Assembly (NCBI GenBank): GCA_030704615.1
Contig: CM060733.1
Span: 52,638,001 to 52,702,000, forward strand
Source: Takakia lepidozioides
Lineage: Eukaryota; Plantae; Bryophyta
Direction: 5' to 3'
Length of the DNA stretch: 64,000 bases
Shown here: positions 39,080 to 51,200 of the stretch, in pieces
Position numbering within the stretch: the first letter of the stretch is position 1
Layout of the letters: each line of letters opens with the position of its first letter
The notes under the pieces: model-generated
What the model saw: the letters and a program-made list of their open reading frames with translations, nothing else
The model's database searches: none
What the model was told of the DNA's origin: nothing
Translations under genes and position numbers: made by a program

Positions 39080-39820
39080 GCTGTGCTTTTATTAAGTATT
39101 CTCAGAGAGATCAAGCTCAAGCAGCGATTGATGCTTTGAATGGGGTTCACGGTATGCAAGTAAAATCTCTATATTCTGAAGTGGTCGGGGGAACTTTGCT
39201 CATAGACACCCTGTTGGCCTGTTGGGGTTAATTTTTCTTTCTCCTTAATTTCGCTTCGAAGTTATTTTCTTTTGAAAAGGATTGGTGTATTCTTTTGGAA
39301 ACGTTGTCTGATGAGAAATCATAAATCAATTCTTTATCCTCCAGTTATTTATACATATATGCAAATATTATTGTATTTGAGATGTTGATGGTCTGACCTG
39401 TTTAAGTTGAGCAGGGTTGTGACCAGCCATTGGCTGTACGTTTTGCGGATCCCAAACGACCAAAGGGTGGGGATGCTAGGTAGGTATTTGAGGTGTGCAA
39501 AACATTCACGTTTTCGAGACATCTCTTACACGCTATGAAACTTGGCTGGTCTTATTTGTACCTATATTTATATATAGGTCCTATATATATTTAGGACCTA
39601 TATATTTGGACCTATATTCCCCTAAAATTCGATTTTCGTGTACTGCATACAAGAGCCTTGTACTAACGCTCAGTTCTTCTTGCGCCGGTAAGTCAAGGAT
39701 ACTATCAGGCCTCAACAACAGTACGTAGTCCAACCTCCACAACAGCAACAGCAGCAGATGCAACAGATGCAGCAGGCACCGTATGTGCAGATGCCTCCTC
39801 AGCAGCAACCAGGCCTGTAG
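39080..39820 (+). pseudogene. FCA: FCA-like gene fragment (RRM2 exons 39080-39159 and 39415-39479; Gln-rich exon ~39709-39820)
   Basis: GCAFIKYSQRDQAQAAIDALNGVHGMQ | GCDQPLAVRFADPKRPKGGDAR with a GT-AG intron. RRM1 and the WW domain are not found. Confidence 0.75.
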
Positions 39821-39969
39821 GTAAAAAGATTCTAAAGCGTTTCATAAAGCTTCAATGATAAAGCTTCAAGTGGATTTTCAACAATACTGTTACAAAACCA
39901 AGAGAATATGTGTTTTCTACTTCCGTTAATTTTTTTGAACTCGTGCAATTTTGATCAAGTCAATTGTGC

Positions 39970-40930
39970 AACTTCACATAATGCAACCCTGGATTTCGAA
40001 TTTCAACCCCTCCAAACCAGTTGGAATGCGAATGCCAGTGTGGATCACTTTAAAAGCAGCCCCAGATGAATTTCGAAGCAGCTCAGCTGAATTAGCAGCC
40101 AGTCTCGGAACGGTGTTGGGGAAGCACCGAGGGAACACATTTAGCGTCGACCAGAAGTTTTGCGTAGCGGTGAAAACAGGGGTCCCCTTCGATTTGACGA
40201 TTGAAGCAATTAACCCTGTGAACGAAGAGTCGACGCTGATTGAGGTAGACTACAATAACCTTCCCATTCGTTGCCGGTTTTGTCTGTCGACAAGATTGTG
40301 TAGCCCTCCATGGTAACCAACGGCAAGGTTCATCTTCGGGAGGCCACTCGGGTAGCAAAGTGGCCAACGGTGGCACGAATCAAGGCCAATCAGGTGGGTT
40401 AGCTCAACCTACCAGTGCTCCGGCACAGAGCAGTGGACGCCAGCAGCCCACCTCAGTCAATGGGCATGGGCATCCCCAACGCCAGCAGGGAGGTGGCTTC
40501 CCAGTCCAGACAGAGGGATTGACCTTTGCCTCCTTCAGGGCAACCGGAGGAGCAAGAGGAACCACACACTCCCACATCTAGGATGAGTTCAGGAGTAAGG
40601 GACGAGGTAGGACAGCACAGGGTGAAGAAACTTGATTGGGAGAGCTGGGAAGGCCAGGGAGCGGCAGCGGGGATATGAATCCTCTCCAAGCACAGAGGAA
40701 TTTGATGACATTAATGAATTTTACTCGGCCAAGAACAACTGGAACTCACGGAGACAAACAGAACAAAGGTATGAGACAATGGTAGGCACTACCACAGCAG
40801 ATGGAGGGAGTCTCCAAGCCCGAGAGCTACGTCGGAGCCTGGATTCACATTTGGAGAGGGGAGGCCTCCAAACCAGTCCTCGAGGTACCTTCCCGATAAC
40901 AGACATCGGAGGTACAGGGGAGCTAAGATT
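39970..40930 (+). mobile_element. L1 ORF1 fragment
   Basis: PVWITL..PDEF...LGTVLG...DYNNLPIRCRFCLS (zf-CCHC_4-type). Confidence 0.7.
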
Positions 40931-41241
40931 CAATTTATTATTTATTGGTATGAATCAATTTATTTCTAATCCGACTCTTTAAATTTGTGATTATAAAATC
41001 ACCCAAACTACCCTAGCATTCGAAAACCATGTTACAAATCTAAATCACCACACTTGTCCTGCACAACAAACAACAACAAAACCTCACCAACGGCCAACTC
41101 CACACCCATTGCACAAAACACCACAATAACAAACCCCGTCTCTAGAGCTAACCCTTGGCATAAATGTAAGAGGGGGGGTGTGGACAAAATCTATCCCTAT
41201 TTTGTGGTTGAGTTGGCCCTCCTTTAAAAGATTGTCTAAAC

Positions 41242-41993
41242 GAGTGTTGGGCGGGTATTACTTTTTCTAATACCAGCCGGGTGCGGGTATTGAAAAGAAA
41301 TTAATTTGCAATACCAGCCGGTTCCATAGTATTGAAAGATTCCCTTAATTTTAATACCCGTCGGTTCTCAATAGTAGTATGATTTTCGATTTGAGGACGG
41401 GTATCAATAGGATGGGTATTCCAATCTAATACCAGCCGGTTATCTCCCCCGGTATAAATAATACAAAAAAAAAACCACTAAATCATTAATATGCATTGAC
41501 TTTAGAAAATTTCAGTTGATTTCACAAAAAAATTAATTATTATGTTGCAAAATTTAGTCTTTGCATTACATAATAACAACGTTGCAGATTTTAGTATCCA
41601 AATTGAAGCAAGCTTAGTGAAAAGAAGATTGATTGCAACCACATAAGACACCCTACATGTGCTAAGAAAAATAAAGAATAGGGGTGGGCCCGCCCTACAT
41701 GTGGTAAGAAATGAAACATAGTGGCGGGTCCTTGGGGCTGGACATGCCCTCCCTGACCTTTGCACCCTCTTACCCTGACCCCTGACATATTGTGCACCCA
41801 GCCAATATACTATTCATACCATGGTATAGTCCTTGTTTTTGCCCATAATACGGGTATGCACCCGGGTATTGCCTTGGCAATACCAGCCGGTCCGGTTATC
41901 AACCATAGTATTGGAATTGCCAATACCAGCTGGGTCGGTTATTCAATACCCTTGTCGATACCCGGCCAGACCCTATATACCAATCCAACACTG
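41242..41993. mobile_element. Complete hAT-type non-autonomous element
   Basis: TIRs GAGTGTTGG...CCAACACTG, perfect 8-bp TSD GTCTAAAC (41234-41241 and 41994-42001), and subterminal ataccagccgg repeats. Confidence 0.9.
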
Positions 41994-42769
41994 GTCTAAA
42001 CTACCATGATGGCTCTCCTAGACTAATTTGGGGCCGCAGACCACAAATTTGACATAAAATTTGCCAAAAAAAAAGTACCTATACCTCCAAAATAAGTAGA
42101 CCAGAAAAATGGGCACCCCTAGGTGAGACGAGGAATAACAAACACATCCAAGTTGTCACCTTTCCTTTCTCCCACATGAACGCGTCAACACAAGACACAC
42201 ACAAACTCAGACAAAAAGTCAAATTGACCGATCCCAGTAGTACAGTCCCCAAAATGAAAACCAGACAGTAAAACACTTGACCCTTTATCCTTATCGGGCG
42301 TACATTTCTCTTCAAAGTTGGGCGCTTCAGTCGACGACCCCTGGCAGCAGCCTTCCATCCGCACATGGCTAAGATGGAGTTGCCCAAGATACGTGGCACC
42401 AGTCCTACCTATCATGAACACGGATATCAAACCGTTATCAACCAAATGTCACACAGCTATCAATCGAAAAGACCAGAAAGAACCCTGGTCGGCGACCCCT
42501 AAGCCGGTCCTGAAACCATGCATCCCACCGGTACCGGAACTCAAAACCACTTCTGCATGTAAATAATATCAGGCACTGTAGTGGGCAATTTTTGACTTTT
42601 TTTGGGACATAAGATTCTACCCCTATGGAAGAAGACCCTCAACTGAGCAGATATTCCAAGTTTGTTCATGGAATAGTCAAAGATTCTATACTGAGAACTA
42701 GGTGATATCTCTCTTTATACTTCCGTGACACCTAAGTGATACTTGGGAGTATGCAATTCCGTTGCAATG

Positions 42770-43160
42770 TGCCAAAGCCATGACCAATGGGCTATGGCTT
42801 CCCATGACCAAGATGTCAGGACACTCTCTTTGAACTTCCTTGCATATCGTACTCTTTATATCTCCTTGCTTCAACCAGTCTTCAAATTCCAACTGTCTTT
42901 AAAGAAAACCCACACATGAGAAAAGTATTGTGTCCAGCTCTCTTGTTCACAGCATTTGCGACACCTACGAGGGTTAAACTGATGTTTTCATTCAATGTAC
43001 TAACACCCAGACCATGGACCTTTTTCCCCTTTTCCAGAGCTCCCAGGCTTAATGCACACGCATTGCAAACACAAACAAATGTGATGTGGTTGGGCGTTAC
43101 CCCTTTGCGCATCATTTGCTCAAAGGTCTCCTCCATCCCGCACCCTTGCTGTGCATATCC
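42770..43160 (-). pseudogene. Abutted gene fragments: PLS-class PPR piece followed by a universal stress protein (USP) piece
   Basis: FEQMMRKGVTPNHITFVCVCNACA..GALEKGKKVHG (PPR) and WLKQGDIKSTICKEVQRECPDILVMGSH (USP). Confidence 0.65.
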
Positions 43161-43473
43161 ACTTCCATCAAGGTAATATCTACTAGGGCTTCGCGTTGCT
43201 CCGCACTACTAGCGACGACTTCTGATAAGGACGTCCGGACGGACGGGCCATACTCGGGGATCATGAGAGAGAGTACGGATCATGTAGCCTGCCAAAATGT
43301 TGGTGACACAGTTCCGATTGGTGGGGGAGGGGTGGGGGGAAGTTGGAGGGGTTTTCCATGGGTCGTCTTGGTACAACAAGTAGATTTGGACTATGATAAA
43401 TCAGTATTTTTTTATTATCCGTTGTGAGCATGCATTGGGACAAAATATAGACTTTTTGTAAAAACATTAACCA

Positions 43474-43659
43474 CCCATGGTAAAAGGGTCCCAAAACCTA
43501 TAGTGTAGAATCTTATGGTCTTCGAGGTTCAACGTCCGTGGCGATCGGACCGTGGTGGAAGATACCCGCTGTAAGTGTCAACTAACTATCAAGCGGATAT
43601 GACACAAGTATTGCACGAATATCACCACAATGTCAGTTTTGGGACCCTCTTACCATGGG
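43474..43659. repeat. 24-bp inverted repeat pair (MITE-like)
   Basis: CCCATGGTAAAAGGGTCCCAAAAC (43474-43497) matches the reverse complement of 43636-43659 with 1 mismatch. Confidence 0.6.
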
Positions 43660-43784
43660 CAGTAATTTTTTATACCCAAGTACCACATAAGTGTAAAGAT
43701 TCAGAAGTGTCAACATAATATCAAAGGTATCACCCAAATACAAGATGGGTATCACATGGGTATCACTTAGTTCCGACTACAGTT

Positions 43785-45930
43785 CAAGTTGAGGCCTCCT
43801 TCATCCCGTTTTGGACAACACTGGTCCAGGTGATTTTCCAACCTGCATATCCAGTGGCGCGACATGGAGTTCACCAAGGGTGATAGGGGCCTTGAGCATG
43901 GTTTTGTCCGCTGTGGATAGGCGGTCGGATACATAGCTCAATGCTACTGCCTCCTCCTCAGTGGCTGGTGATGATGGCCGGGCAGTGTAGAGTCGCCCAT
44001 AGAAGTCTTGGCATATTTGCTCAAGGGCTGGTTGACGTGTGTGTACCTGGCCACTAGCGTCCTCGAGTTCGGTAATGTGGGAGGCGTTGAGCGTTCGCGG
44101 TTGGCTTTAAAAAACTCTTTGGAACACTGATCCCCAACTTCCTTCCACCTGAGTCGACTTCGCATCTTCTGGCCGGTTGCTTTCCGTTTCTCGAACACCT
44201 GCAACTGGTCTAAAAGGGAGCGACTCGGTTTTGGATGTCGGGATCCCCAGGTGCCCCTTGCAAGGCCGTGGTGGCCTCTTCCAGTTGGCCGCGCAGGAGC
44301 TCCACTTCTTGTCTGTGTTCTGCAGCACGGCGGATGTAGAACTTCACGCAGCGCCGAATTTTACCAAAGAACGGAACCGTGGGGTGTGAGCTCCAGATTA
44401 ACCTAATTTTGGACACGACCTCCGGGTCTTTTAGATAGGCCGAGCTCATAACATAATGGGATTGACGCTTGGCCTCCTGCTCTAACCACACCTGCCTCCA
44501 CACGGGCAGATGGTCCGAATGAGAACTATTACCGAAGATCCTGTAGTTCGTGCTGGTCGTGGTTACTCCTGATTCTATAAATGTGCATGTTCGGTCCAGC
44601 CGGACGAGGATCCGTGTCCCGTCCCGTCGTCTGCTATCCCAACTGAAACGGATGCGGTTTGACGGGGGGAACGGGTCTTCAACCTGAAGTGCACACTTAA
44701 GTTCGCCAAAAATGCGCTTCTCTTCGTCTCACATACTGGATTCCTTGAGGTTGGACTTGTCGGATGCCTTCTCAACGAAGCTCCAGTCCCCCGAAAGGAT
44801 CCAGCGACAGTCGTGCGGCAGAGTGCTAAAAGTTCTCTCCAAATCACACACCTTTTGGCCGAGCTATGAGGGGCATATATGTTCAATACAGCCACATCTC
44901 TTCCTGGCATGCCTTGAAATCGCACCCACTGTGCACATCCACCGTTGGTGTGGCCTGCCGAGCTGATCACATGTAGTAAACGGGGAGCCACCCACATACA
45001 GATCCCACCGCTTCCAGCCCCATTAGCATCGAGCTCGATCGTTGTTGTAGGCTACAGCTGCCTCCTGGGCAAAGAAGCCGGCTCCCTGCCGCATTAAATT
45101 CTGAATGCCTTGTAATCTTGTTCCTCGTAACTTCAACTCCTGGAAGCATATGATGTCTGTGCTGGCTAAGTAATTCCGGTAATAGTTGCGCACTATGTTA
45201 GTGTTGTCAGGGTCGTTAAGAGTTAAGACCCTGTACATTTTGCGTGATAACTGCTATCTTCATACAAAGGATGTGGGGTTGGGGGCCTGTCCAGGCTGGA
45301 ATTCGGCTTGGTTCGTCACTGCAGGTGCCCTTGACGAGCAGTTGTGCTTGTGAAGACTGATCCGGCGTTCCCTCCTTTGGGATTCTACCCCAAGGAACTG
45401 CTCTCGACCGGGTGATTGTGCTGCTGTGTCGTGGGTTCGCCGGCCTGCTTGAGTAGCTCCGGCATTCTTCTTACCGATGGTGGCATTCGAAAGGCGAGGA
45501 CGCAGGGGAGAGCTTGGGAGGGTAGTTTCTACCCCCTGCTCTCTCAGCCATTCCCGCAAAACTGGGGCTAATTCGCTGGAATCCGCTGCCTATTCCTTCC
45601 TCTCGGGCTGTTCATGTAAAAGTTCCCATCCTTGCTCAGGCTGAGTGTACCTGACCCTTCCAAAGACGCTGATACCTCGCCTGTGGATTGGGGGGTAGTA
45701 TGGGATGCCTTGTTCAGGTCCAAGTGCGACCAAATGCCCTCATTTCCTCCATCTGTCATCCTAATGTAGTCTTGTGAGTCAATCTCTCCCTCTTCGCGGT
45801 GTTCAGTCCCTTGACGGGGCTGATCTTGGGCAGTGCTAGCGCACGTTACTTGTCTCTGAGAATGTGCTCCCATCCTTGCAATGGTATGAGCCGCACTGTC
45901 TGTGCGGATGAGGCTAGGAGAAGGCATATT
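43785..45930 (-). mobile_element. L1 LINE fragment (ORF1 end, endonuclease, linker)
   Basis: DIICFQELK, VLNIYAPHS, SDHLPV, RSRLRWKEVGDQCSKEFF. Confidence 0.85.
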
Positions 45931-46861
45931 CAGTTAAAATTCTTGTCCCTGCACCTACTGTATAACACAATGTACCAAATCTAATTTATTACAAACAAAC
46001 TCCCACCATGATCCAGCTCAGTTTGGGAAATTCGCATGCCACACGCTGCAAGTGAAAGATATTCAAAAAAGAAGCCAGAGATTGAACAATGCCCAATCCA
46101 CAAGCTTTGTTGACTTTGTAGTGACGGTCTAGAAAGTCATGAAAGCACCAAGATTTGAAAACATCATGACTAACTATAAGCAAACTTCAAAGAGGATTCT
46201 AAGCTTGGTTCTGGAAGATGCGAATTTGTAGTAGCTTGGAAATGGTTGCCCATGTCCTCCCTCTTTGGTGAACCATATCCAAGGAACACGAAGTCAACTA
46301 ATTCAAGATATTGGTGCCACCTAAAGCCAAACTATATGGATATCAATCCGTGACACAAGGGAAAAGATTATACAGAGTTTTATATAATATTCAAAGAAAT
46401 AAGTAACTTAATTGCATTGTTGGTGACTATGCAGTCTTCACCACCTGATTTTTGGTTGTGACATTTTCTACTTTTAGAATTATGGTTCAAACTGCACAGG
46501 CACGAACTCATGGGTGGGACTGAGCAGAAACCTACTATCTTTGTTTTGGGGATTTGGAGCACAGTAACCGACAAGCGAGAGGGAACTTTAGAAATAAGGG
46601 GACATTACATGTCAAGCAAGTGACCTAAAAACTCAACAATTCTCAACCAATCTAATGCGGGATTTCGGAGGATTTTAAACTACGTTCATGTCCTGGTTTA
46701 ATACATACAGCTTTTGGTAGCATGGTGGCAATAATGTCCTTACAAAGTGGTGTATGAAATTCTACGTAATATGTTTATGAAGGGTTGCTTTTTGAACAAC
46801 TGGGGCCTGTTGAGGTCAGAATCCATGGAATTCGGTCTGTGGGTGCGTATTTCACGGGCAG

Positions 46862-46888
46862 AGTAGTAGTAGTAGTAGTAGTAGTAGT
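46862..46888. repeat. (GTA)n microsatellite
   Basis: Seen directly in the sequence. Confidence 0.9.
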
Positions 46889-47502
46889 TTTTCTTTTTTT
46901 CTTTTTTTCTTTTTTTTTCCTCCCTTCAAATTTCGGCTATATCCAGATTGGCGATCAATCATATATGAGTGCATATATGGGAAATTTTCTCACAAATGTG
47001 AGGATGCTTAATATTTGAGAAAATATCTTTACATATATAAATTTGATTTTCCAAAATTTAGAAACTAAATACTTCACAGTTTACGAAAGTCTTCAAATAT
47101 TGTATAGAACATTTATTTGATATTATTGTGTTATGCTTAATTTGACAAATTTGAAGCCTTGATGCATCTTATAGCATTTGATGTTCGAATTTAAAGCTTC
47201 ATTATGTGGAATTTTTCTTAATCTTGTGTATTTTTTCTTTCTCATGTATATACATCAGTTATAATGTCATTCTCACTTTAATGTTCCTCACTTTAATTGT
47301 CTTTATAGTCTTCCCTCACCAGGTAGATAGATTAATATTAACAGTTAGTATAGAGTTTACCACCAAAAGGGGGCAGTAGTTTTAGGTGTCGGTCTTTGTT
47401 CTTGGCGAACACTAGCTAGAGTTTAGGATCAACAAACTCTTGATTCATGCCACTTTTTATATTAATAAAATTGGAGTCATTTTTCTTCTTCTACTTGAAT
47501 CA

Positions 47503-48110
47503 CTCATCAAGCTCAGCCCTAAATTTGCATATGGAATGATATAAGTTAGCTCAGTGGGTGGATCTGTAGTAGACCACCGCATTCCATCGTGCTGGACGGA
47601 AATGCGGCACCGCACCTTCTTCTTCCACCTGTTTCAGCCTGTTTTGCCCTCTCATCAGGCTCAGCCCTGAATTCGCACATGCCGATGTGGCAACAGGAAA
47701 GTACAAAAAAATGGACACAGAGATGAAGAGAAGCTTTGGAATGAACATTTTTCTGACCCCAGTCAATGGTGGGACAATGTGGGTAGATGGTCAATTGGAA
47801 ACAACAGCGGCAGTAGCGCAATTGATAGAACAAGGCACTGTTGATGAAGGTACCTTCTTCAACACATTTCAGCCTGTTTTTCCCTGTTATTAGAGTCGTC
47901 CCTAAATTTCCAGATGGCTGGATTTCAAGCTCCAGATTACCTATGATTCCCTGTGGAAGGATAGCTACAAGAAACCTGCATGGGTAGATGGTCAACTGGA
48001 AGCCACAACAACAGCAACAGAGGTAGGATGTATGCATTGTTAGTGTAGAGGGAGGGGTAGTTGTTGATGCAGGGAGAGGATTGTGGGTGCAGAATCATCC
48101 AAGAGGGCTA
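47503..48110. repeat. Inverted, diverged copies of the 111-bp unit and of 49064-49135
   Basis: gcaccttcttcttccacctgtttcagcctgttttgccctctcatcaggctcagccctgaatt is the reverse complement of the array unit; 48040-48110 is the inverse of 49064-49135. Confidence 0.8.
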
Positions 48111-48232
48111 GATTTGGAGCATGGAACAACGCTAGCAGTTCTATAAATATTTTCCACAGCTAGCGGTGGGACAACATCGTCAACAATATAAGCTTTCTTC
48201 ATGCAACATCGTATAAGGGAGTTTGACAGAAC

Positions 48233-51200
48233 TGTGTATTCAAATATGCGTTCGCCGCCTAATAAAAAAACCCCCTGTATACGGGTCCTTGGATAATTTA
48301 TACCCCCTCTGTACATACTTTCTGAAGATTATAAAACCCCCTCCTGTAAATATACAAAAAATACCCCCTTCTATATGTGTATTCCCCTTTTCAATCATTA
48401 AAAATACCCTCCAATGTGTATATGTATGTTTTTATATTATATCAAATTTATTCATTTAAAACAAAATAACATCTACTAAAATAAATAAAATTATTTATTT
48501 GTCTTTGATAAAATTGTCAAAGAGTTTCCGGTCATTTGCATCAAGTACATATGTGTTTGACTTGACATTGTACTTTAAACATGCTAATGCGATAATGGAA
48601 TCCAAATCAACCATCATGTTATCCGTCAAATCGTACGTATAGACTCTTCCTCGAACCTTTTGGTACCATGCTAATCCATGAAATTTTTCTGAGACAAGCT
48701 CATCACCTAGAATTTCTGCTCGGATGCATTTGTATGTGACACCTTGCATAGTGAACACAGAACCAAGCATGTTTTGTGATGCATCTCCTCGGGACTTTTA
48801 CTTCCAACTCTTCTTCCATGATGAGTTCACCTGCAAAATGCAATGAAAGCATTTCAAATCAGACCTTGATATGCCAATGACAAGGCACCCAGGTTGGAAG
48901 GTTCCAAAGTTCTACTTTTTATAGCCCTATAGGCTGTCCAAGCAGGGACTACGCTGATAAGAGGATGAAATGTGTACAGAAGCAAGTATCTGATTGATTA
49001 GTCTGCCGTTGCTAATTTCTGCTGCTGCTGCTATTGACCAAGTGCTGCTACTTCCACTGCTGGTAGCCCTCTTGGGTGATCCTGAACCCACATTCCATCC
49101 CTACATCAACAGCTAGCCCTCCCTCCACACTAACAGGGCAAAACAGGCTGAAACAGGTCCAAGAAGAAGGTGCCCTCACCATAGATCCACCCAACGAGCT
49201 AACCTACATCTTTCAATATGCAGATTCAGGGCTGAGCTTGATGAGAGGGCAAAACAGGCTGAAACGGGTCCAAGAAGAAGGTGCCCTCACCACAGATCCA
49301 CCCAACGAGCTAACTTACATGATTCAATATGCAGATTCAGGGCTGAGCTTGATGAGAGGGCAAAACAGGCTGAAAACAGGTCCAAGAAGAAGGTGCCCTC
49401 ACCACAAATCCACCCAACGAGCTAACTTACATGATTCACTATGCAAATTCAGGGCTGAGCCTAATGAGAGGGCAAAATAGGCTGAAACAGGTCCAAGAAG
49501 AAGGTGCCCTCACCACAAATCCACCCAACCAGCTAACTTACATCATTCACTATGCAAATTCAAGGCTGAGCCTGATGAGAAGGCAAAACAGACTGAAACA
49601 TGTTGAAGAAGAAGGTGCCCTCAGCACAGATCCACCCACCGAGCTAACTTACATCATTCACTATGCAAATTCAGGGCTGAGCCCGATGAGAGGGCAAAAC
49701 AAGCGGAAACAGGTCCAAGAAGAAGGTCCCCTCACCACAAATCCACCCAACAAACTAACCTACAGATCATTCAATATGCAAATTCAAGGCTGAGCCTGAT
49801 GAGAAGGAAAAACAGACTGAAACAGGTGGAAGAAGAAGGTGCCCTCACTACAGATCCACCCACTGAGCTAACTAACATCATTCAATATGCAAATTCAGGG
49901 CTAAGCCTGATGAGAGGTCAAAACTCGCTGAAACAGGTCCAAGAAGAAGGTGCCTTCACCATAGATCCACCCAACGAGCTAACCTACATCTTTTAATATG
50001 CAGATTCAGGGCTCAGCATGATGAGAGGGCAAAACAGGCTGAAACAGGTGGAAGAAAGAAGGTGCCCTCACCACAGATCCACCCACTGAGCTAACTTACA
50101 TCATTCCATATGCAAATTCAGGGCTGAGCCTGATGAGAGGGCAACACAGGCTGAAACAGGTCCAAGAAGAAGGTGCCCGCACCATAGATCCACCCAACGA
50201 GCAAACCTACATCTTTTAATATGCAGATTCAGGGCTGAGCCTGATGAGAGGGCAAAACAGGCTGAAACAGGTCCAAGAAGAAGGTGCCCTCACCACAAAT
50301 CCACCCAACGAGCTAACTTAAATGATTCACTATGCAAATTCAGGGCTGAGCCTGATGAGAGGGCAAAACAGGCTGAAACAGGTCCAAGAAGAAGATGCCC
50401 TCACCACAAATCCACCCAACGAGCTAACTTACATGATTCACTATGCAAATTCAGGGCTGAGCCTGATGAGAGGGCAAAACAGGCTGAAACAGGTCCAAGA
50501 AGAAGGTGCCCTCACCACAAATCCACCCAACGAGCTAACTTACATGATTCACTATGCAAATTCAGGGTTGAGCCTGATGAGAGGGCAAAACAGGCTGAAA
50601 CATGTTGAAGAAGAAGGTGCCCTCAGCACAGATCCACCCACCGAGCTAACTTACATCATTCACTATGCAAATTCAGGGCTGAGCCCGATGAGAGGGCAAA
50701 ACAAGCGGAAACAGGTCCAAGAAGAAGGTCCCCTCACCACAAATCCACCCAACAAACTAACCTACAGATCATTCAATATGCAAATTCAAGGCTGAGCCTG
50801 ATGAGAAGGAAAAACAGACTGAAACAAGTGGAAGAAGAAGGTGCCCTCACTACAGATCCACCCACTGAGCTAACTTACATCATTCAATATGCAAATTCAG
50901 GGCTGAGCCCGATGAGAGGTCAAAACTCGCTGAAACAGGTCCAAGAAGAAGGTGCCTTCACCATAGATCCACCCAACGAGCTAACCTACATCTTTTAATA
51001 TGCAGATTCAGGGCTCAGCCCGATGAGAGGGCAAAACAGGCTGAAACAGGTGGAAGAAAGAAGGTGCCCTCACCACAGATCCACCCACTGAGCTAACTTA
51101 CATCATTCCATATGCAAATTCAGGGCTGAGCCTGATGAGAGGGCAAAACAGGCTGAAACAGGTCCAAGAAGAAGGTGCCCGCACCATAGATACACCCAAC

